DNA of 64,000 bases, from positions 5,323 to 69,322 of the forward strand of contig CAVYXU010000033.1 in the NCBI GenBank assembly GCA_963772565.1. The letters run 5' to 3'. The translations under genes and the position numbers were made by a program. The notes below the pieces were generated by a model that made no database searches, was not told where the DNA came from, and worked only from the letters and a program-made list of their open reading frames with translations. Positions 1-11,313 of the stretch are shown piece after piece. Source of the DNA: an uncultured Chloroflexia bacterium. GTDB taxonomy: Bacteria > Chloroflexota > Limnocylindria > Limnocylindrales > CSP1-4. Every line of letters starts with the position of its first letter. The stretch's first letter is position 1.

Positions 1-1
1 G

Positions 2-196
2 CTGGAGGAGTTCATCGCGCTCGCGCGCAGCGTCGACAGCAGCACCATCAAGCGCTACGTGCTCGGGCCGCCATACGCCATCCACCCGCCAACAGCGTCC
101 ACCGGCGGCATCTACACGCTCAACCTTCTGACGGACCGCATGGCCAAGCTGTCGGTGGAGCTGTTCGGCAGCGACAGCCGGTACGCGGGCTCCTGA
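2..196 (+). CDS. Partial CDS (3' end), possibly LCP (LytR-CpsA-Psr) family
   Basis: Open frame from the window edge (LEEFIALARS...YVLGPPYAIHP...DSRYAGS*). Its TGA overlaps the next ATG. Family is guessed mainly from context at the head of a polysaccharide cluster. Confidence 0.4.
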   Translation: MEEFIALARSVDSSTIKRYVLGPPYAIHPPTASTGGIYTLNLLTDRMAKLSVELFGSDSRYAGS

Positions 197-1586
197 TGGT
201 CCGCCAGAACATCCGGCTCCTCCGACTGGCGCTCCTGCTCGGGGATGGGGCCGCGGCCGCGGGCCTGTTCGTCGCGCGTGTCGATGATCCGCTTCGGGAC
301 CGACTGGGAGCAGACGTGGATGGCCGCGGGGGCGCAGTGGTGGGTCTGGGCGGCCGGCTACGGCCTCCTGTGGGCCGGGGCCGAGTGGCTCCAGGAGCTT
401 GACCAGCTTCGTTCGCGGTGGACATTCCGGGGCGAGGTGACGGACATTCTCCGCGCCGGGGTCGTCGTGGCCGTCGGCGTGTTCAGCGTCCTGTTCCTCG
501 TGCACGCGCCCGATGTCAGCCGCCTGTTCCTCATCATCCTGTTCGCCTGCCAGGTCGGGCTGTCCATCGTCCAGCGACGAGCGCTGCGGGTGCTGCTGGC
601 GGTCGCCCGTCATCGCGGCCTCGGCGTTCGCCACCTGCTCGTCCTGGGAACCGGGCCGGAGGCGGTGGCGGTTGCCGAGCGGCTGGAGAATCACCCGGCG
701 CTTGCGCATCGCGTCCTCGGCTACCTGGGCCGGCCGTCGGAATCCGTGCCGGAGGTGCTCGGGCCGCTCGATTCGTTCGAGACGATCCTCAGCGAATTCG
801 TGGCCGATGAGCTGATCGCCGCGTTCGCCGCCGACGAGGTCGCCTACCTGGAGCCGGTTGTCTCACTCTGCCAGCAGACCGGCCGGCGAGTGCGGGTGGT
901 GCTCCGACCGGAGCTCGCGCCGATCAGCGGTGGACGCGTCGAGACCCTGGCGGGCCTCGAGATCCTCACGGTGTCCAATGGTCCCGATCGCGTGCTCGGG
1001 CTGGCCGCCAAGCGGATCCTCGATATCGCGCTGGCTGCGCTTGCGCTGCTCGTGCTGGCACCGGTCCTGCTCCTGGTCTCGCTCGCGATCTGGCTGGACG
1101 ACCGCGGACCCGATCCTGTTCCGCCAGACGCGGGTCGGGCTCCACGGCCGGCCGTTCCGGATGGTCAAGTTCCGGACGATGGTCCCGGACGCCGAGCTCA
1201 GACGCGCCGAGCTGACGCTGCTCAACGAGATCAGCGGCCCGGCGTTCAAGCTCAAGGCGGACCCCCGGACCACGCGCGTGGGCCGCGTGCTTCGCCGAGC
1301 CAGCCTCGACGAGCTGCCGCAGTTCTGGAACGTCCTGCGCGGCCAGATGAGCATCGTCGGTCCCCGCCCGCCGCTGCCGGACGAGGTCGCCGGCTACGAC
1401 CTGTGGCACCGTCGCCGCCTGTCGATGAAGCCCGGGATCACGGGGCTGTGGCAGGTCTCGGCGCGGCTTGAGGAGGAGTTCGACCGCTGGGTGGAGCTGG
1501 ACCTCCGGTACATCGATCGCTGGTCGCTCTGGCTGGACCTCAAGATCATGGTCCGAACGGTGCCGGCGATGCTGTCGGGCCGGTAG
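196..1586 (+). CDS. Priming polyprenyl glycosylphosphotransferase (WcaJ/CpsE-like sugar transferase), two frameshifts
   Basis: Joins ORFs 196, 245..1471 and 858..1586, with shifts near 265 and 1110. N-terminal TM helices, KRILDI, KFRTM, DPRTTRVGRVLRRASLDELPQFWNVLRGQMSIVGPRP, KPGITGLWQV. Confidence 0.9.
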
Positions 1587-1588
1587 GG

Positions 1589-2947
1589 ATGCCCGACGCG
1601 ACCAGGCCCAGCCGCCCCCGCTCGATCGTGGTTGTTGGCGCTGGCTACGTAGGGCTGGTGACTGCCGCGGGACTCGCCTTGGCCGGTCATCGAATCAAAC
1701 TCGTCGAGACCGCGCAGTGGCGTTTGGTCGCACTTCGCGCCGGCCGAATCCCGCTGCACGAGGACGGCCTCCAGGCCGCATTCGACGAGGCCGCCGCGGA
1801 GGGGAGGCTCGAGATCCTCGCCAAGCCGCCGGCGGAGGCGCCTGACCTCGTCCTCGTATGCGTCGGGACGCCGATCGATGACGCAGGCAGAAGCGACCTG
1901 AGCCAGTTGACGTCAGCCCTGATGGACGTCGGGCTGCTGGTGGCAGCGGGGGCGACGCTCGTGATTCGAAGCACGCTGCCGGTGGGGACAACCCGAAAGG
2001 TCGTCGATCAAGCCGGAGTCCCCGTTTCGAGAACGTTCACGAACCCGGAGTTTCTCCGGCAGGGCACGGCTCTGGCCGACTTCCGGGCGCCCTATCGGGC
2101 AGTGATCGGTCGGTACCCGGATGCCGATCTGGACGCACTCGCCGCCGTGATCGACGCACTCGTGCCTACGGGCGTCCCGACCCTCATCGTCGACGTCGCC
2201 GAGGCCGAGATCATCAAGAACGGCGCCAACGCCTTCCTCGCATTGAAGCTGTCGTTTGCGAACGAGCTGGCTGGGCTGGCTGAGCGGTACGGCGCTGACG
2301 TGGACGCGGTGCTCGATGGCATCGGTCGCGACCCGCGCATCGGCCGCACCTACCTTCGTCCCTCCTTCGGTTTCGGAGGTAGCTGCCTCCCGAAGGAGCT
2401 CCGAACGGTGGCCGAGGCTGGTCAGATGGTCGGCCTTCCGATGCAGGTGACGGCTGCGGCCTCCGAGGCCAATGGCAGTCATCAGAGATTGTTCGTCGAG
2501 CGGATCGCCGGGGCCGCGGGGGGCCTGCGAGGTCGGCGCGTCGCGGTACTCGGACTTGCATTCAAGGCGGGTACGGACGATGTCCGCGCGTCGCCCGCCG
2601 TCAACGTGGTTCGAATGCTCGGCGAGGCCGGTGCCGACGTGGTGGCCCATGACCCGGAAGCCTCGGCAAATGCGACTCGCGAACTACCGGGGCTCGCAGT
2701 GGCTGCGACGCCGCTCGAGGCGCTCCGGGGAGCCGACGTCGCCGTGATCGCCACGGAGTGGCCCATCTATCGGAGCCTCGACTGGGGGGAAGCCAGAGCC
2801 GCCATGGCTCATCCTGTCGTTGTCGACGGCCGACGGCTCCTTGATCCGGCCCAGATGTTAGGTCTAGGTTTCGACTATCGGGCAGTCGGGAGTCCCGATC
2901 CGCAGCCCGCCTCCGGCGACTGGGTCGCTGGCGAGCGGGCAGGATAG
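1589..2947 (+). CDS. ugd: UDP-glucose/GDP-mannose dehydrogenase
   Basis: GAGYVG Rossmann motif, NPEFLRQG, GFGGSCLPK catalytic Cys, GLAFKAGTDDVRASP. Confidence 0.92.
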   Translation: MPDATRPSRPRSIVVVGAGYVGLVTAAGLALAGHRIKLVETAQWRLVALRAGRIPLHEDGLQAAFDEAAAEGRLEILAKPPAEAPDLVLVCVGTPIDDAGRSDLSQLTSALMDVGLLVAAGATLVIRSTLPVGTTRKVVDQAGVPVSRTFTNPEFLRQGTALADFRAPYRAVIGRYPDADLDALAAVIDALVPTGVPTLIVDVAEAEIIKNGANAFLALKLSFANELAGLAERYGADVDAVLDGIGRDPRIGRTYLRPSFGFGGSCLPKELRTVAEAGQMVGLPMQVTAAASEANGSHQRLFVERIAGAAGGLRGRRVAVLGLAFKAGTDDVRASPAVNVVRMLGEAGADVVAHDPEASANATRELPGLAVAATPLEALRGADVAVIATEWPIYRSLDWGEARAAMAHPVVVDGRRLLDPAQMLGLGFDYRAVGSPDPQPASGDWVAGERAG

Positions 2948-2984
2948 GCCGCCAGATCGCGCCCCAGGCCGCTCGGGAGCAATC

Positions 2985-4289
2985 TTGATCGACATTCCGG
3001 CTGACCGGGTTAGTCATATCGTGACAGCGACCCTCGATGGTCTGGTCGCGGCGTATCGCGACGCCTTCGCCGAACGGCGGCTCGCATGGGCTTCGCCGCC
3101 CGTGCTGACGGTCGGCGCATACGTGGGTTTCTACGGTATCGGGCTCTTCCTCTCCGGCCCCTCATCCAACCTCCCCGCTATGGTCGTGGCGGTCGCCGTT
3201 GGATTTGTCGGCCTCTTGGCGGGCATCGGGCTGGGGTGGAAGGCCATCTCGGGGCCGACGCGTCGGAAGCCGGTGGCGCGGCCACTCCTCGTCCGCTACG
3301 GGTTCCTGCTGCTCGGTGTGGGCCTGGTTGCACTCGTTGCGTACTTCGCGAATATCGGCTATGTCCCGCTGTTTCAGTCGGGCCTCGAACAGGGCCGGGT
3401 GGACGCCGCGACTGAGGGCGGGGCGCCCCTGCGGGTCATCTCTCTCCTTGCGCTCCCCGGCGCATGGATTCTCGTCGCCCAGGCGACGGCCGTCCGCAGT
3501 CGTCGAGGGATCATCTTGGCAGTGCTTGCGGTTGCAGTCGTCGCCCTGGGCTTCGCGCTGACCGGGAACCGATCCCCCTCGTTCACGGCGATTGAGGTCG
3601 GGCTCGTTACCGGTCTCCTGGCAGCAGGCATAGTCCGTCTGGGTGGACGCGGCATGGCGCTCCTGGCCGTCGGCGGTCTTGTGCTGGTGCTCGGGGCGGG
3701 ACTATTCGGGGCATTTCGGTTGGCCTCGTCCGGCGGCCCAGGTGGTCCGCAGAGCCCAACCGCCCAAATGCCCGACTACCCAGCCCTGACCGTCATCACA
3801 ATCGAGGGATACCTCGTTGTGCCAATCAGGAACCTCGACTACACGCTGCAGGCAGTCCCCGATCGGATTGGATGGCGGCTCGGACTAACCTACCTCCAGC
3901 CCCTATTGACCGTGCTGCCAGGCAAGCAGACGACTTTCGACGCCGATCTCAAGGCAGCACTCGACCAGCACTACGCTGGCGGTGGGACGGTGCCTGGGCT
4001 GCTCGGCGAGGCCTACGCGAACTTCGGGGTGTTGGGCTGGCTTATCGTTCCGTTCCTCGCGGGGATCTTCATCACGATGCTTTACGGGGTGACGCGCGGC
4101 GGCCCGCCGGAGTTGGCCGTGCTTTACGCCTTTGCAGTCACCAACGTGTCGATCGGCGGGATGTTGAGCGGGCTCGCCGTCGCCAGCGTGTTTCCGTTCG
4201 AGGCTTACGCGGTCCTCGGTTTTGCGATCATAGGATTGCCAATCGCAGGACGATTCCGACTACGTCGGGACGGTGGAGCAGGAAGGTGA
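2985..4289 (+). CDS. O-antigen/oligosaccharide repeat-unit polymerase (Wzy-like)
   Basis: Many hydrophobic segments, TGNR motif and GEAYANFG motif; lies in the polysaccharide cluster. Confidence 0.7.
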   Translation: MIDIPADRVSHIVTATLDGLVAAYRDAFAERRLAWASPPVLTVGAYVGFYGIGLFLSGPSSNLPAMVVAVAVGFVGLLAGIGLGWKAISGPTRRKPVARPLLVRYGFLLLGVGLVALVAYFANIGYVPLFQSGLEQGRVDAATEGGAPLRVISLLALPGAWILVAQATAVRSRRGIILAVLAVAVVALGFALTGNRSPSFTAIEVGLVTGLLAAGIVRLGGRGMALLAVGGLVLVLGAGLFGAFRLASSGGPGGPQSPTAQMPDYPALTVITIEGYLVVPIRNLDYTLQAVPDRIGWRLGLTYLQPLLTVLPGKQTTFDADLKAALDQHYAGGGTVPGLLGEAYANFGVLGWLIVPFLAGIFITMLYGVTRGGPPELAVLYAFAVTNVSIGGMLSGLAVASVFPFEAYAVLGFAIIGLPIAGRFRLRRDGGAGR

Positions 4290-4993
4290 GCGTGCCCGGT
4301 TTGTGTTGGAGTCGAGTCGCGTCGAGGTGGGTCGCGGGTATCCGCTCTTTACTTGGCGGTGGATATCCGTCCAGGATTACCGACCTGAACTACGACGACT
4401 ACTGGCGCGGCTACGTCCATCAGGTCGTGGACCGGTTCCCGATCAGTGTGAGGCACCTCAGGCGAGGCGAGACGCGACTCGATATCGGCTGCGGGAAAGG
4501 GACGGGGGTCACCTACCTGGTGGCGAGCACCGGCGTGCTCGGTGTCGGGTTCGACATTTCTCCAGTGGCGGTCGAGACGGCCCGCTCCAAGGGCGTGGAC
4601 GCGAGAGTCGCCGCGGCGGTGGCCTCTGGCCCTGCGCTGGATTACCCGTTCAACACAGTCCTGACAGAGGAGGTCCTTGAGCACGTCGCGGAACTCGAGA
4701 GCGTCCTGGGTGGAATTCGCGACGACGTGGGCAAGCGGCTGATCCTCGCGTTTCCGAACATTGGCTACCTGCCGCATCGGCTGCGACTTCTGTTTGGGAG
4801 CTTTCCGGTTCCACGGGGTTGGCACCCCGGCGAGCACTCTCTTCTCTGGTATCTGTCCGATTTCGAGTGGTGGCTGAACCAACTTGGGTACCGGGTGGGT
4901 TCAGTTCAGGCCTCGAATGGCCTCCGAGGCCTCACTAGGGCTTGGCCAAGCCTGTTCGGAGATCAGCTCGTCTTGGCTCGACCCCGGCGGTGA
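4286..4993 (+). CDS. Class I SAM-dependent methyltransferase (MetW-like)
   Basis: LDIGCGKG, GFDIS, EVLEHV, FPNIGY. GTG start overlaps the wzy stop. Confidence 0.75.
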   Translation: MSVPGLCWSRVASRWVAGIRSLLGGGYPSRITDLNYDDYWRGYVHQVVDRFPISVRHLRRGETRLDIGCGKGTGVTYLVASTGVLGVGFDISPVAVETARSKGVDARVAAAVASGPALDYPFNTVLTEEVLEHVAELESVLGGIRDDVGKRLILAFPNIGYLPHRLRLLFGSFPVPRGWHPGEHSLLWYLSDFEWWLNQLGYRVGSVQASNGLRGLTRAWPSLFGDQLVLARPRR

Positions 4994-6111
4994 CCCCGCC
5001 CCGGATCGCGATCATTGGGCACGATGCGTGCTGCAACGCGCTGGGCCGCGCTCTCGTGCTCGCGGACCTGCTCGACCCACTGGGCAACGTTCATGTCGTC
5101 GCCTTCGGGGACTGCCTTTGGGCACCGGCCAAGGGGGGCCGGCCCGTCGAGCTCCTCGAACCGCCTGGGACCACCTCCGGCCTGCTCGGGGCCGCGGGCC
5201 GCCTCCGGTCGGCGATCCGGGGCGCCGACCTCATCGTTGCGGTCAAGCCGCGGATCCTTTCGTATGGGCTCGCGGCCATTGTCCGCGAGGGCCGTCCCCT
5301 CGTTCTTGACGTGGACGATCTCGAGCACCTCTTCACGCGCCGAAGACTTGGCTGGATGCGTCAGGTAATCGAGCCCGACCGCGAGCCGATCACGCGCCTG
5401 CTCGAACGCTGGCGTCGTCCCGTGTCTGCAGTGACGGTGGCGAGCCGAGCGCTCCAGCGGCGTAACGGCGGCACGTGGCTGCCGCATGTTCGCGACCGTT
5501 CCCTCCTCGCATCCCAGGCGCGCGAGGCTGGTCCCGCAACGCGTGCCCGACTCGGCCTCGACGCGATGTTCGTCGTAGGCTTCGTCGGCACCGTCAGGCC
5601 GCACAAGGGTCTGATCGCGCTGGCTGAGGCGGTGAGGCTACTCGGAAGTGATGCACGGCTCCTGATCGCGGGCAACGCGGGCGACGGACACGGCGTCGCA
5701 GATCTCGTGGCCCGATCCGGTGGCCGTGCCGTCATCATCGACGGCCCCATGATGAGTGAGCTTGGATCGATCCTCGGGGCGTGCGACGTGGTGGCGGTCC
5801 CCCAATCTCGAGCGCCGGAGGCGATCTACCAGTCGCCCGCGAAGTTGCTCGATGCGCTCGCAGCGGGCAGAGCGGTCGTTGCCGGTGACGTTGGCGATGC
5901 CGCCGAGCTGCTCGGGGGTGCCGGTCGCCTGGTCCCCTTCGGCGATCCGGCCGCACTCGCCGATACGCTAGTCGAATTGCGCGACGCGCCGATCGCCAGG
6001 GCGCAACTCGAGGCGGCGGCGCTGGCAAGAGCTAGCGCCGCATTCTCGCTGGATCAATGGCAGGCGACGATCGCGGGCGTCGTCGAACCATTCCTCGGTG
6101 CGTTGACCTGA
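4990..6111 (+). CDS. Glycosyltransferase family 4
   Basis: FVGTVRPHKG, SPAKLLDALAAG, GDVGD GT-B motifs. Confidence 0.85.
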   Translation: MTPPRIAIIGHDACCNALGRALVLADLLDPLGNVHVVAFGDCLWAPAKGGRPVELLEPPGTTSGLLGAAGRLRSAIRGADLIVAVKPRILSYGLAAIVREGRPLVLDVDDLEHLFTRRRLGWMRQVIEPDREPITRLLERWRRPVSAVTVASRALQRRNGGTWLPHVRDRSLLASQAREAGPATRARLGLDAMFVVGFVGTVRPHKGLIALAEAVRLLGSDARLLIAGNAGDGHGVADLVARSGGRAVIIDGPMMSELGSILGACDVVAVPQSRAPEAIYQSPAKLLDALAAGRAVVAGDVGDAAELLGGAGRLVPFGDPAALADTLVELRDAPIARAQLEAAALARASAAFSLDQWQATIAGVVEPFLGALT

Positions 6112-6112
6112 C

Positions 6113-7522
6113 GTGACGAGCTGGTTCGCGACCGAAAGGCCGGCCTCAAAGCTCCTAGCCCAGCTGATCTCTCATGTCGCGACTCGGGCGGTCCTGCTCG
6201 CCTCGACCGTGCTCGTTGCGCGGGAGGTGGGCGTCGCGAGCTATGGGCTCTTTGCGCTGGGGCTGGTCTTCTATCAGGCTGGTCTCCTTCTCCGCGACGC
6301 CGGCCTGGGCCAGGCATTGATCATCCTCGGCGGGGAGGACGCCAGGATGACCTGGCGGACCTTCATCGCGGCAAGCGCGCTTGGAATCTGCCTGGCGCTC
6401 CTGATCGCAGTGCTGAGCGAACCAGTAACGGCCCTGCTTGGCCTGCCCGAAGCGGCCCCCTTCGTAAGGATCCTGGCGCTTGCCTTCGGGATCGGATCGC
6501 TCGGGATCGCATCCAATGCGGCACTCGAACGGGACCTCCGCTTCACAGCCCGCGCGACGATCGAGGTGAGCTCGTATGTCGCCCTTGGCGTTGTGGCCAT
6601 GTCCGGCCTGTACCTCGGCTGGGGCGCCCTCGCGCTCGCCTGGGGATACGCCGCCCAGGGCTTGGTGCAGGCCGCGTTGGCGATGGCGGTCAAACCGCCC
6701 TGGCGGTACCGAACTGGTCGGACGCTGCGGTTCCGATCGTTCGCACGGTACGGGGGGCTCCTCTGGGCGTCCTCGATCCTGACCTACCTGGCCACGAACA
6801 TCGACAATGTCGTGGTCGCGGGGCTCGGGGGTGCGGCCGCGATCGGGGTCTATGCCCTGTCATACACGATCGGGACGATGATCGCCATAAGCCTTGCCCA
6901 GGTGCTCAATCGGGTCGCCCTGCCCTACTACGCCAGGGCGGTGGGCGACGCGGGGCGACTTGCCACATTCACCTCCGTCGTGCCGCTTTCAACCGCCTTG
7001 GCCATCCTGGCCGCGGCCCCTGTCATCGTGCTTGCCCCAGAGATATGTGACTTCCTCCTTGGCCCAGACGCCCCGTACTCACCCCTGGCGATCCTGGCCG
7101 CCTATGGTGTGGTCCGGGCCGTCGGGGTTGCGATCGGGACGGCCCTCAATGGGAGTGGCGCTGCGCGCCCTGTCACGATATCCACGGCCGTGAACGTCGG
7201 CCTGATTGCCGCCCTGGTGGTTCCCGGATATCAGATCGCCGGGCCGACCGGAGTCTCCATCGTCGTCCTCGCAGCACTGGCCGGCTCCATGGCACTGCTG
7301 CGGACCCCGGTCCATCGACACGGCGCATCGCTCGCGTTTCTCGCGGCCCCGGCGGTCGGCGTGTTCCTGCTCGTGCTCCTCGTCATTGGTCCGCTGGCTC
7401 CTGTCCCGATGTTAGTGCGGGTCGCTTCGGGCGCCGCCGCGATGCTGCTCGCGGGTGCATGGGCATGGCGGATCACGCGAGCCGGTCGATCGGACGTCCC
7501 AGCAGCCACGATCACGACATGA
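6113..7522 (+). CDS. Oligosaccharide flippase (Wzx)
   Basis: Many TM segments, DAGLGQALI, ERDLRF, NIDNVVV, GVYALSY. Confidence 0.85.
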   Translation: MTSWFATERPASKLLAQLISHVATRAVLLASTVLVAREVGVASYGLFALGLVFYQAGLLLRDAGLGQALIILGGEDARMTWRTFIAASALGICLALLIAVLSEPVTALLGLPEAAPFVRILALAFGIGSLGIASNAALERDLRFTARATIEVSSYVALGVVAMSGLYLGWGALALAWGYAAQGLVQAALAMAVKPPWRYRTGRTLRFRSFARYGGLLWASSILTYLATNIDNVVVAGLGGAAAIGVYALSYTIGTMIAISLAQVLNRVALPYYARAVGDAGRLATFTSVVPLSTALAILAAAPVIVLAPEICDFLLGPDAPYSPLAILAAYGVVRAVGVAIGTALNGSGAARPVTISTAVNVGLIAALVVPGYQIAGPTGVSIVVLAALAGSMALLRTPVHRHGASLAFLAAPAVGVFLLVLLVIGPLAPVPMLVRVASGAAAMLLAGAWAWRITRAGRSDVPAATITT

Positions 7523-8680
7523 GTCGCCCCACGCTGGTTTTCATCTCGCCCCATCCGGCAGGATCCACGGGCCTTCCCAACCGTCCGGCGCGCCTCCTGG
7601 CGGCGTTCATTGATGCCGGAGCTTTTGAAGAGGTGATCGTCATCAACCGGCTTCGGCCAACGGCCGCTCTCGGCCGGGCTGGCGGACGACGGTCGACATC
7701 CGGTGGGGGGCTCGCAGGCGCGATTCGCCCGCTGCCGAGCGGTGCGATCCTCATCGAGCATCCTTGGCCGTTCGGCGGACTCGAGCGGCGATTTGTCCAA
7801 GGCGTCCTCACTGCACGGGCCCGTCGGTCCGGCGCCGGAGTTGTCGCCTGGGTCGCAGATCCGAAGTCGGTTCCGGCGGTCGTACGGACTCGCGAGGACG
7901 GACTCTCTTGGCGGGTCGTGGTGGACGCCTATGACGCGTGGGACCGCTCGCCCCTCGTGCGTGGCGGGCGCCGCCTGCGAGCCGTGTCGGATGGATACGC
8001 CGCCGCAGCCTCGAGTGCCGACCTCATCTTCACCAATACGCTGGCGATGCGGGACCGACTCGTCGAACTTGGCGCCCGTGACGCCCGCCACCTGCCAAAC
8101 GCCTGTCCGCCGCTCGATCACCGATCGGCCCCGACCGACCGTCGGCGAGTCGGCCTTGTCTATGTGGGTCGCATCCACGAACGGTTCGACGCCGAGCTCA
8201 CCGTCGCCGTGGCAGATGCCCTCCCGGACACAATTCTGACGATCGCGGGCCCAGTCGAACGCGAGCCCGTGGGCTGGTCCGCTCTGGCAGGCCGGGCAAA
8301 CGTCCGGTTGCCGGGTCTCGGTGGAGCCCGAGGCGGCCCGCGATCTGATCGCCGCCGCCGCTGGCCTGATCGTGCCGCACCGAGTTGACGACTACACGCG
8401 CTCCCAGGATGCCATGAAGGCGTGGGATGCGATCGCATCCGGCACCCCGGTCATCTCGACGCCGATCCCACCCGCCGACGGCTGGCCGGCCGGATACGCC
8501 GAGGTGTGTTTCGAGACGGACGCCTTCATCGCGGCGGCGCGCCGTGCCGTGGACGGCGAGCTGGACATGGGCCGCCCTGCTCGACTCGCGTTCGCGGCCG
8601 AGAACCAGTGGTCGGCGCGAGCAGCCGTGGCGATCGCCGCAATCGACTCGCTGATCCTGCCCGGCGCAGGCCGACCGTGA
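7519..8680 (+). CDS. Glycosyltransferase (TuaH-like GT4), frameshift near 8320
   Basis: ORF 7459..8388 (LPNA, YVGRIHERFD) continues in ORF 8321..8680 (TRSQDAMKAWDAIASGTPVIST). Confidence 0.8.
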
Positions 8681-9691
8681 GTCTCCGAGTCACCGTCGGG
8701 ATCGTCCTGCACGAGAGCGCGGAGGACATCCGCGGGTGCCTGTCCGCGCTGGACGGCCAGACGCGTCCCGCGGATGCGGTCGTCGTCCTCGACAACGCCT
8801 CATCGGATGACGGCCTCGACAGGGCGCGGAGGGCGATGCCGCATGCCCGGACCGAGCGCTCTGCGGTAAATGTCGGCTTCGCCGCGGGGCACAACCGGGC
8901 AATGGCTCTCGAGCCTGCCGATGTCCACATCCTGCTCAACCCCGACTGCCGGCTTGCACCGGCGTTCATCGAGCGCTCCATCCAGGCGCTGGAGATGGAC
9001 GCGACGATCGGCGCCGTCTCGGGCCGGCTGCTGAGGTTCCGGGACGAGACGCCCGACGGCGGTCCCCTGGAAGAGCTGTCGGACGACGTCCTGGACTCCA
9101 CCGGGATGGTTGCATATCGGAATCGCAGGGTCCTCGATCGGTCAAGCGATCTGCCGGTCGCAGGTCGCGATCTCATCGCGGCGGACGTCTTCGGCACATC
9201 GGGGGCCGCCGCCGTCTACCGGCGGTCGATGCTCGAAGACGTGGCGTTCGGTGGCGAGTTCCTCGACGAGGGCTTCTTCGCCTATCGCGAGGACGTAGAC
9301 CTGGCGTGGCGAGCCCAGCTGCTCGGATGGCGCTGTCGCTATCAGCCAGCGGCGCTCGCGCGCCATCGCCGTCGCGTCGCCCCCGGGCGCCGCCGGCATG
9401 CTGCCGGCCCGGATCAATCGACTATCGGTCGCCAACCGCTGGCGGATGATCGCAAAGAACGAGTTGGCGGAAGGATGGCGACGCGATTGGCAGGCGATCA
9501 TCGCGCGCGATCTCCAGATCGTCGGGTTCTGCGCGATGCGCGAGCAACGAACGCTCCTGGCGATCGCGGACGTTGCGCGAGACGCGACGCGGCTGCGGGC
9601 TCGCCGTCACGATGTGATGCGACGCCGACGCGCTGACGACGACGACGTACTGGGCTGGTTTGGCGACCGCACTGAACGCCGAGTTGGGTGA
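8677..9691 (+). CDS. Glycosyltransferase family 2, frameshift near 9395
   Basis: VLDNASSDD, NVGFAAGHN, LLNPDC, FFAYREDVDLAWR. C-terminus lies in ORF 9398..9691. Confidence 0.85.
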
Positions 9692-9862
9692 CCTCGCCTT
9701 CCGGGGCGTGACCGACGAGGTCAGGACGGATCCGTGAGTCGTGTCGGACCGACTCGAGTCACCGGCGTCGGTGATCTCCCCACCGTGAGCGATCCGAGGG
9801 TGTCATCCCTAAGATAGGGGCGTGAGTCTCCTCATCACGTCTGTTCCCCCGGGGTCGTGGCG

Positions 9863-10558
9863 ATGGCAGAACTGACCTCGCTCTCCGCCCGCGGCCGATT
9901 CATCCGGGGGTTGGCCCGCCCGCTGTTGCGCCAGGTCGTTGCCGCGTCGGCGAGGTTGGAGCGGCTGGATAATGACGACCTTATCCGGGCGGGGGTCCTG
10001 AGCGTCGGGCGACACGTCTACGGGCGTCCTCGTGTCCTGGTGTGGTCTGCTCGCGACACGAAGGCCCTCGCCGGATCACGGGTACAGCATTGGCAACTAC
10101 GTGTCGATCGCAAACGACGTGGAGATCTTCACTGGCGGAGAGCACAACACCAACTGGGTGACGACCTACCCAATTCGCATCAAGTTCGGTTTGGCCGGAG
10201 CGGGTCAGGACGGGCACCCTGGGACACGTGGGGAGGTAACGATTGGAAACGATGTCTGGATTGGGCATGGGGCGCGCATCCTGTCCGGATCCAGCATCGG
10301 CGATGGCGCGGTCATTGGCGCTGGTGCCGTGGTCGTCGGGGCAGTTCGCCCGTATGGCATCGTGGTGGGCGTCCCGGCGCGAGAGATCAGGCGCCGCTTC
10401 ACACGGACGACGAGATCGGTGAGCTGCTCTCCATTCGCTGGTGGGATTGGCCTGACGAGAAGGTCATTGAAGAGGTGGGGGACTTGTGCGGCCCCGGAAT
10501 CTCCGCCTTTGTCGAAAAGCACGGACGGAGTCGCGATGGCCTCCACAAAGAAGCCTGA
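9863..10558 (+). CDS. CatB/Vat-related hexapeptide O-acetyltransferase, two frameshifts
   Basis: SIGNYVSIA, HNTNWVTTYP, IGNDVWIG, VGVPAREIRRRF, then LLSIRWWDW in another frame. Shifts near 10080 and 10403. Confidence 0.8.
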   Translation: MAELTSLSARGRFIRGLARPLLRQVVAASARLERLDNDDLIRAGVLSVGRHVYGRPRVLVWSARDTKALAGSRVQHWQLRVDRKRRGDLHWRRAQHQLGDDLPNSHQVRFGRSGSGRAPWDTWGGNDWKRCLDWAWGAHPVRIQHRRWRGHWRWCRGRRGSSPVWHRGGRPGARDQAPLHTDDEIGELLSIRWWDWPDEKVIEEVGDLCGPGISAFVEKHGRSRDGLHKEA

Positions 10559-11231
10559 CACCTACTACGAACACCCCAGGGTCGACTTCCTGACGTGGGT
10601 GGCCCCAAGTGGGACGAGCGTTCTGGATCTCGGGTGTGGGGCGGGCGCATTCGGGCAGCCTCTTCGGGATCTGGGGTTCGCGCACCTGACCGGGGTTGAG
10701 ATCGTGTCGGAAGCGGCCTCACGAGCACGTGACACATACGACCTGATCCTGGAGATGCCGATCTCCGAGGCTCTGCCCCGCATCACTGGGACGTTCGACC
10801 TGATCATCTGCGCCGACATTCTTGAGCACCTGATCGACCCATGGTCGGTGACCTCGGATCTCCGCCGGCTGGCGCATCCGAGCACGATTCTTGCTGTCTC
10901 GATCCCGAACGTTCGGTACTGGCGGGCGCTCGCTCGTCTGGCGGTCGGAAAGGGCTTCGCCTACGAGGAGAGCGGCATCTTTGATTCCACCCACCTGCGG
11001 TTCTTCACTCCCGCGGACGCTCTGAGGATGCTTCGTGACGCCGGATGGACGCCACGCAGAGTCGGTGCGCCACCGCCCGGTCACTTTCATGGGATGCGAC
11101 AGGTCGTCCGGAATGCGACTCGACAATGGACCAGCCAGTGGACGGCTCGACAGACCTGGGTCGGTATGCACGCTATCGTCCGAGCCGGCAGGCGCACATC
11201 GCTAGGGCGCGCCCCGGGGACCACCACGTGA
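10536..11231 (+). CDS. Class I SAM-dependent methyltransferase
   Basis: VLDLGCGAG, ADILEHLIDPW, SIPNVR, GIFDSTHLRFFT. Confidence 0.85.
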   Translation: MASTKKPDTYYEHPRVDFLTWVAPSGTSVLDLGCGAGAFGQPLRDLGFAHLTGVEIVSEAASRARDTYDLILEMPISEALPRITGTFDLIICADILEHLIDPWSVTSDLRRLAHPSTILAVSIPNVRYWRALARLAVGKGFAYEESGIFDSTHLRFFTPADALRMLRDAGWTPRRVGAPPPGHFHGMRQVVRNATRQWTSQWTARQTWVGMHAIVRAGRRTSLGRAPGTTT

Positions 11232-11313
11232 GACCGTCAGTTATCAGCAGCACGTGCGGAAGCAAGCTCGTTCGGCCCGCGGTCCGGACAGCGAATTGGG
11301 CGAGATCAGACCG

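Noticed and set aside
9863-10558. Antibiotic resistance gene (catB/vat)
   Set aside because: Position among glycosyltransferases favours a polysaccharide O-acetyltransferase.
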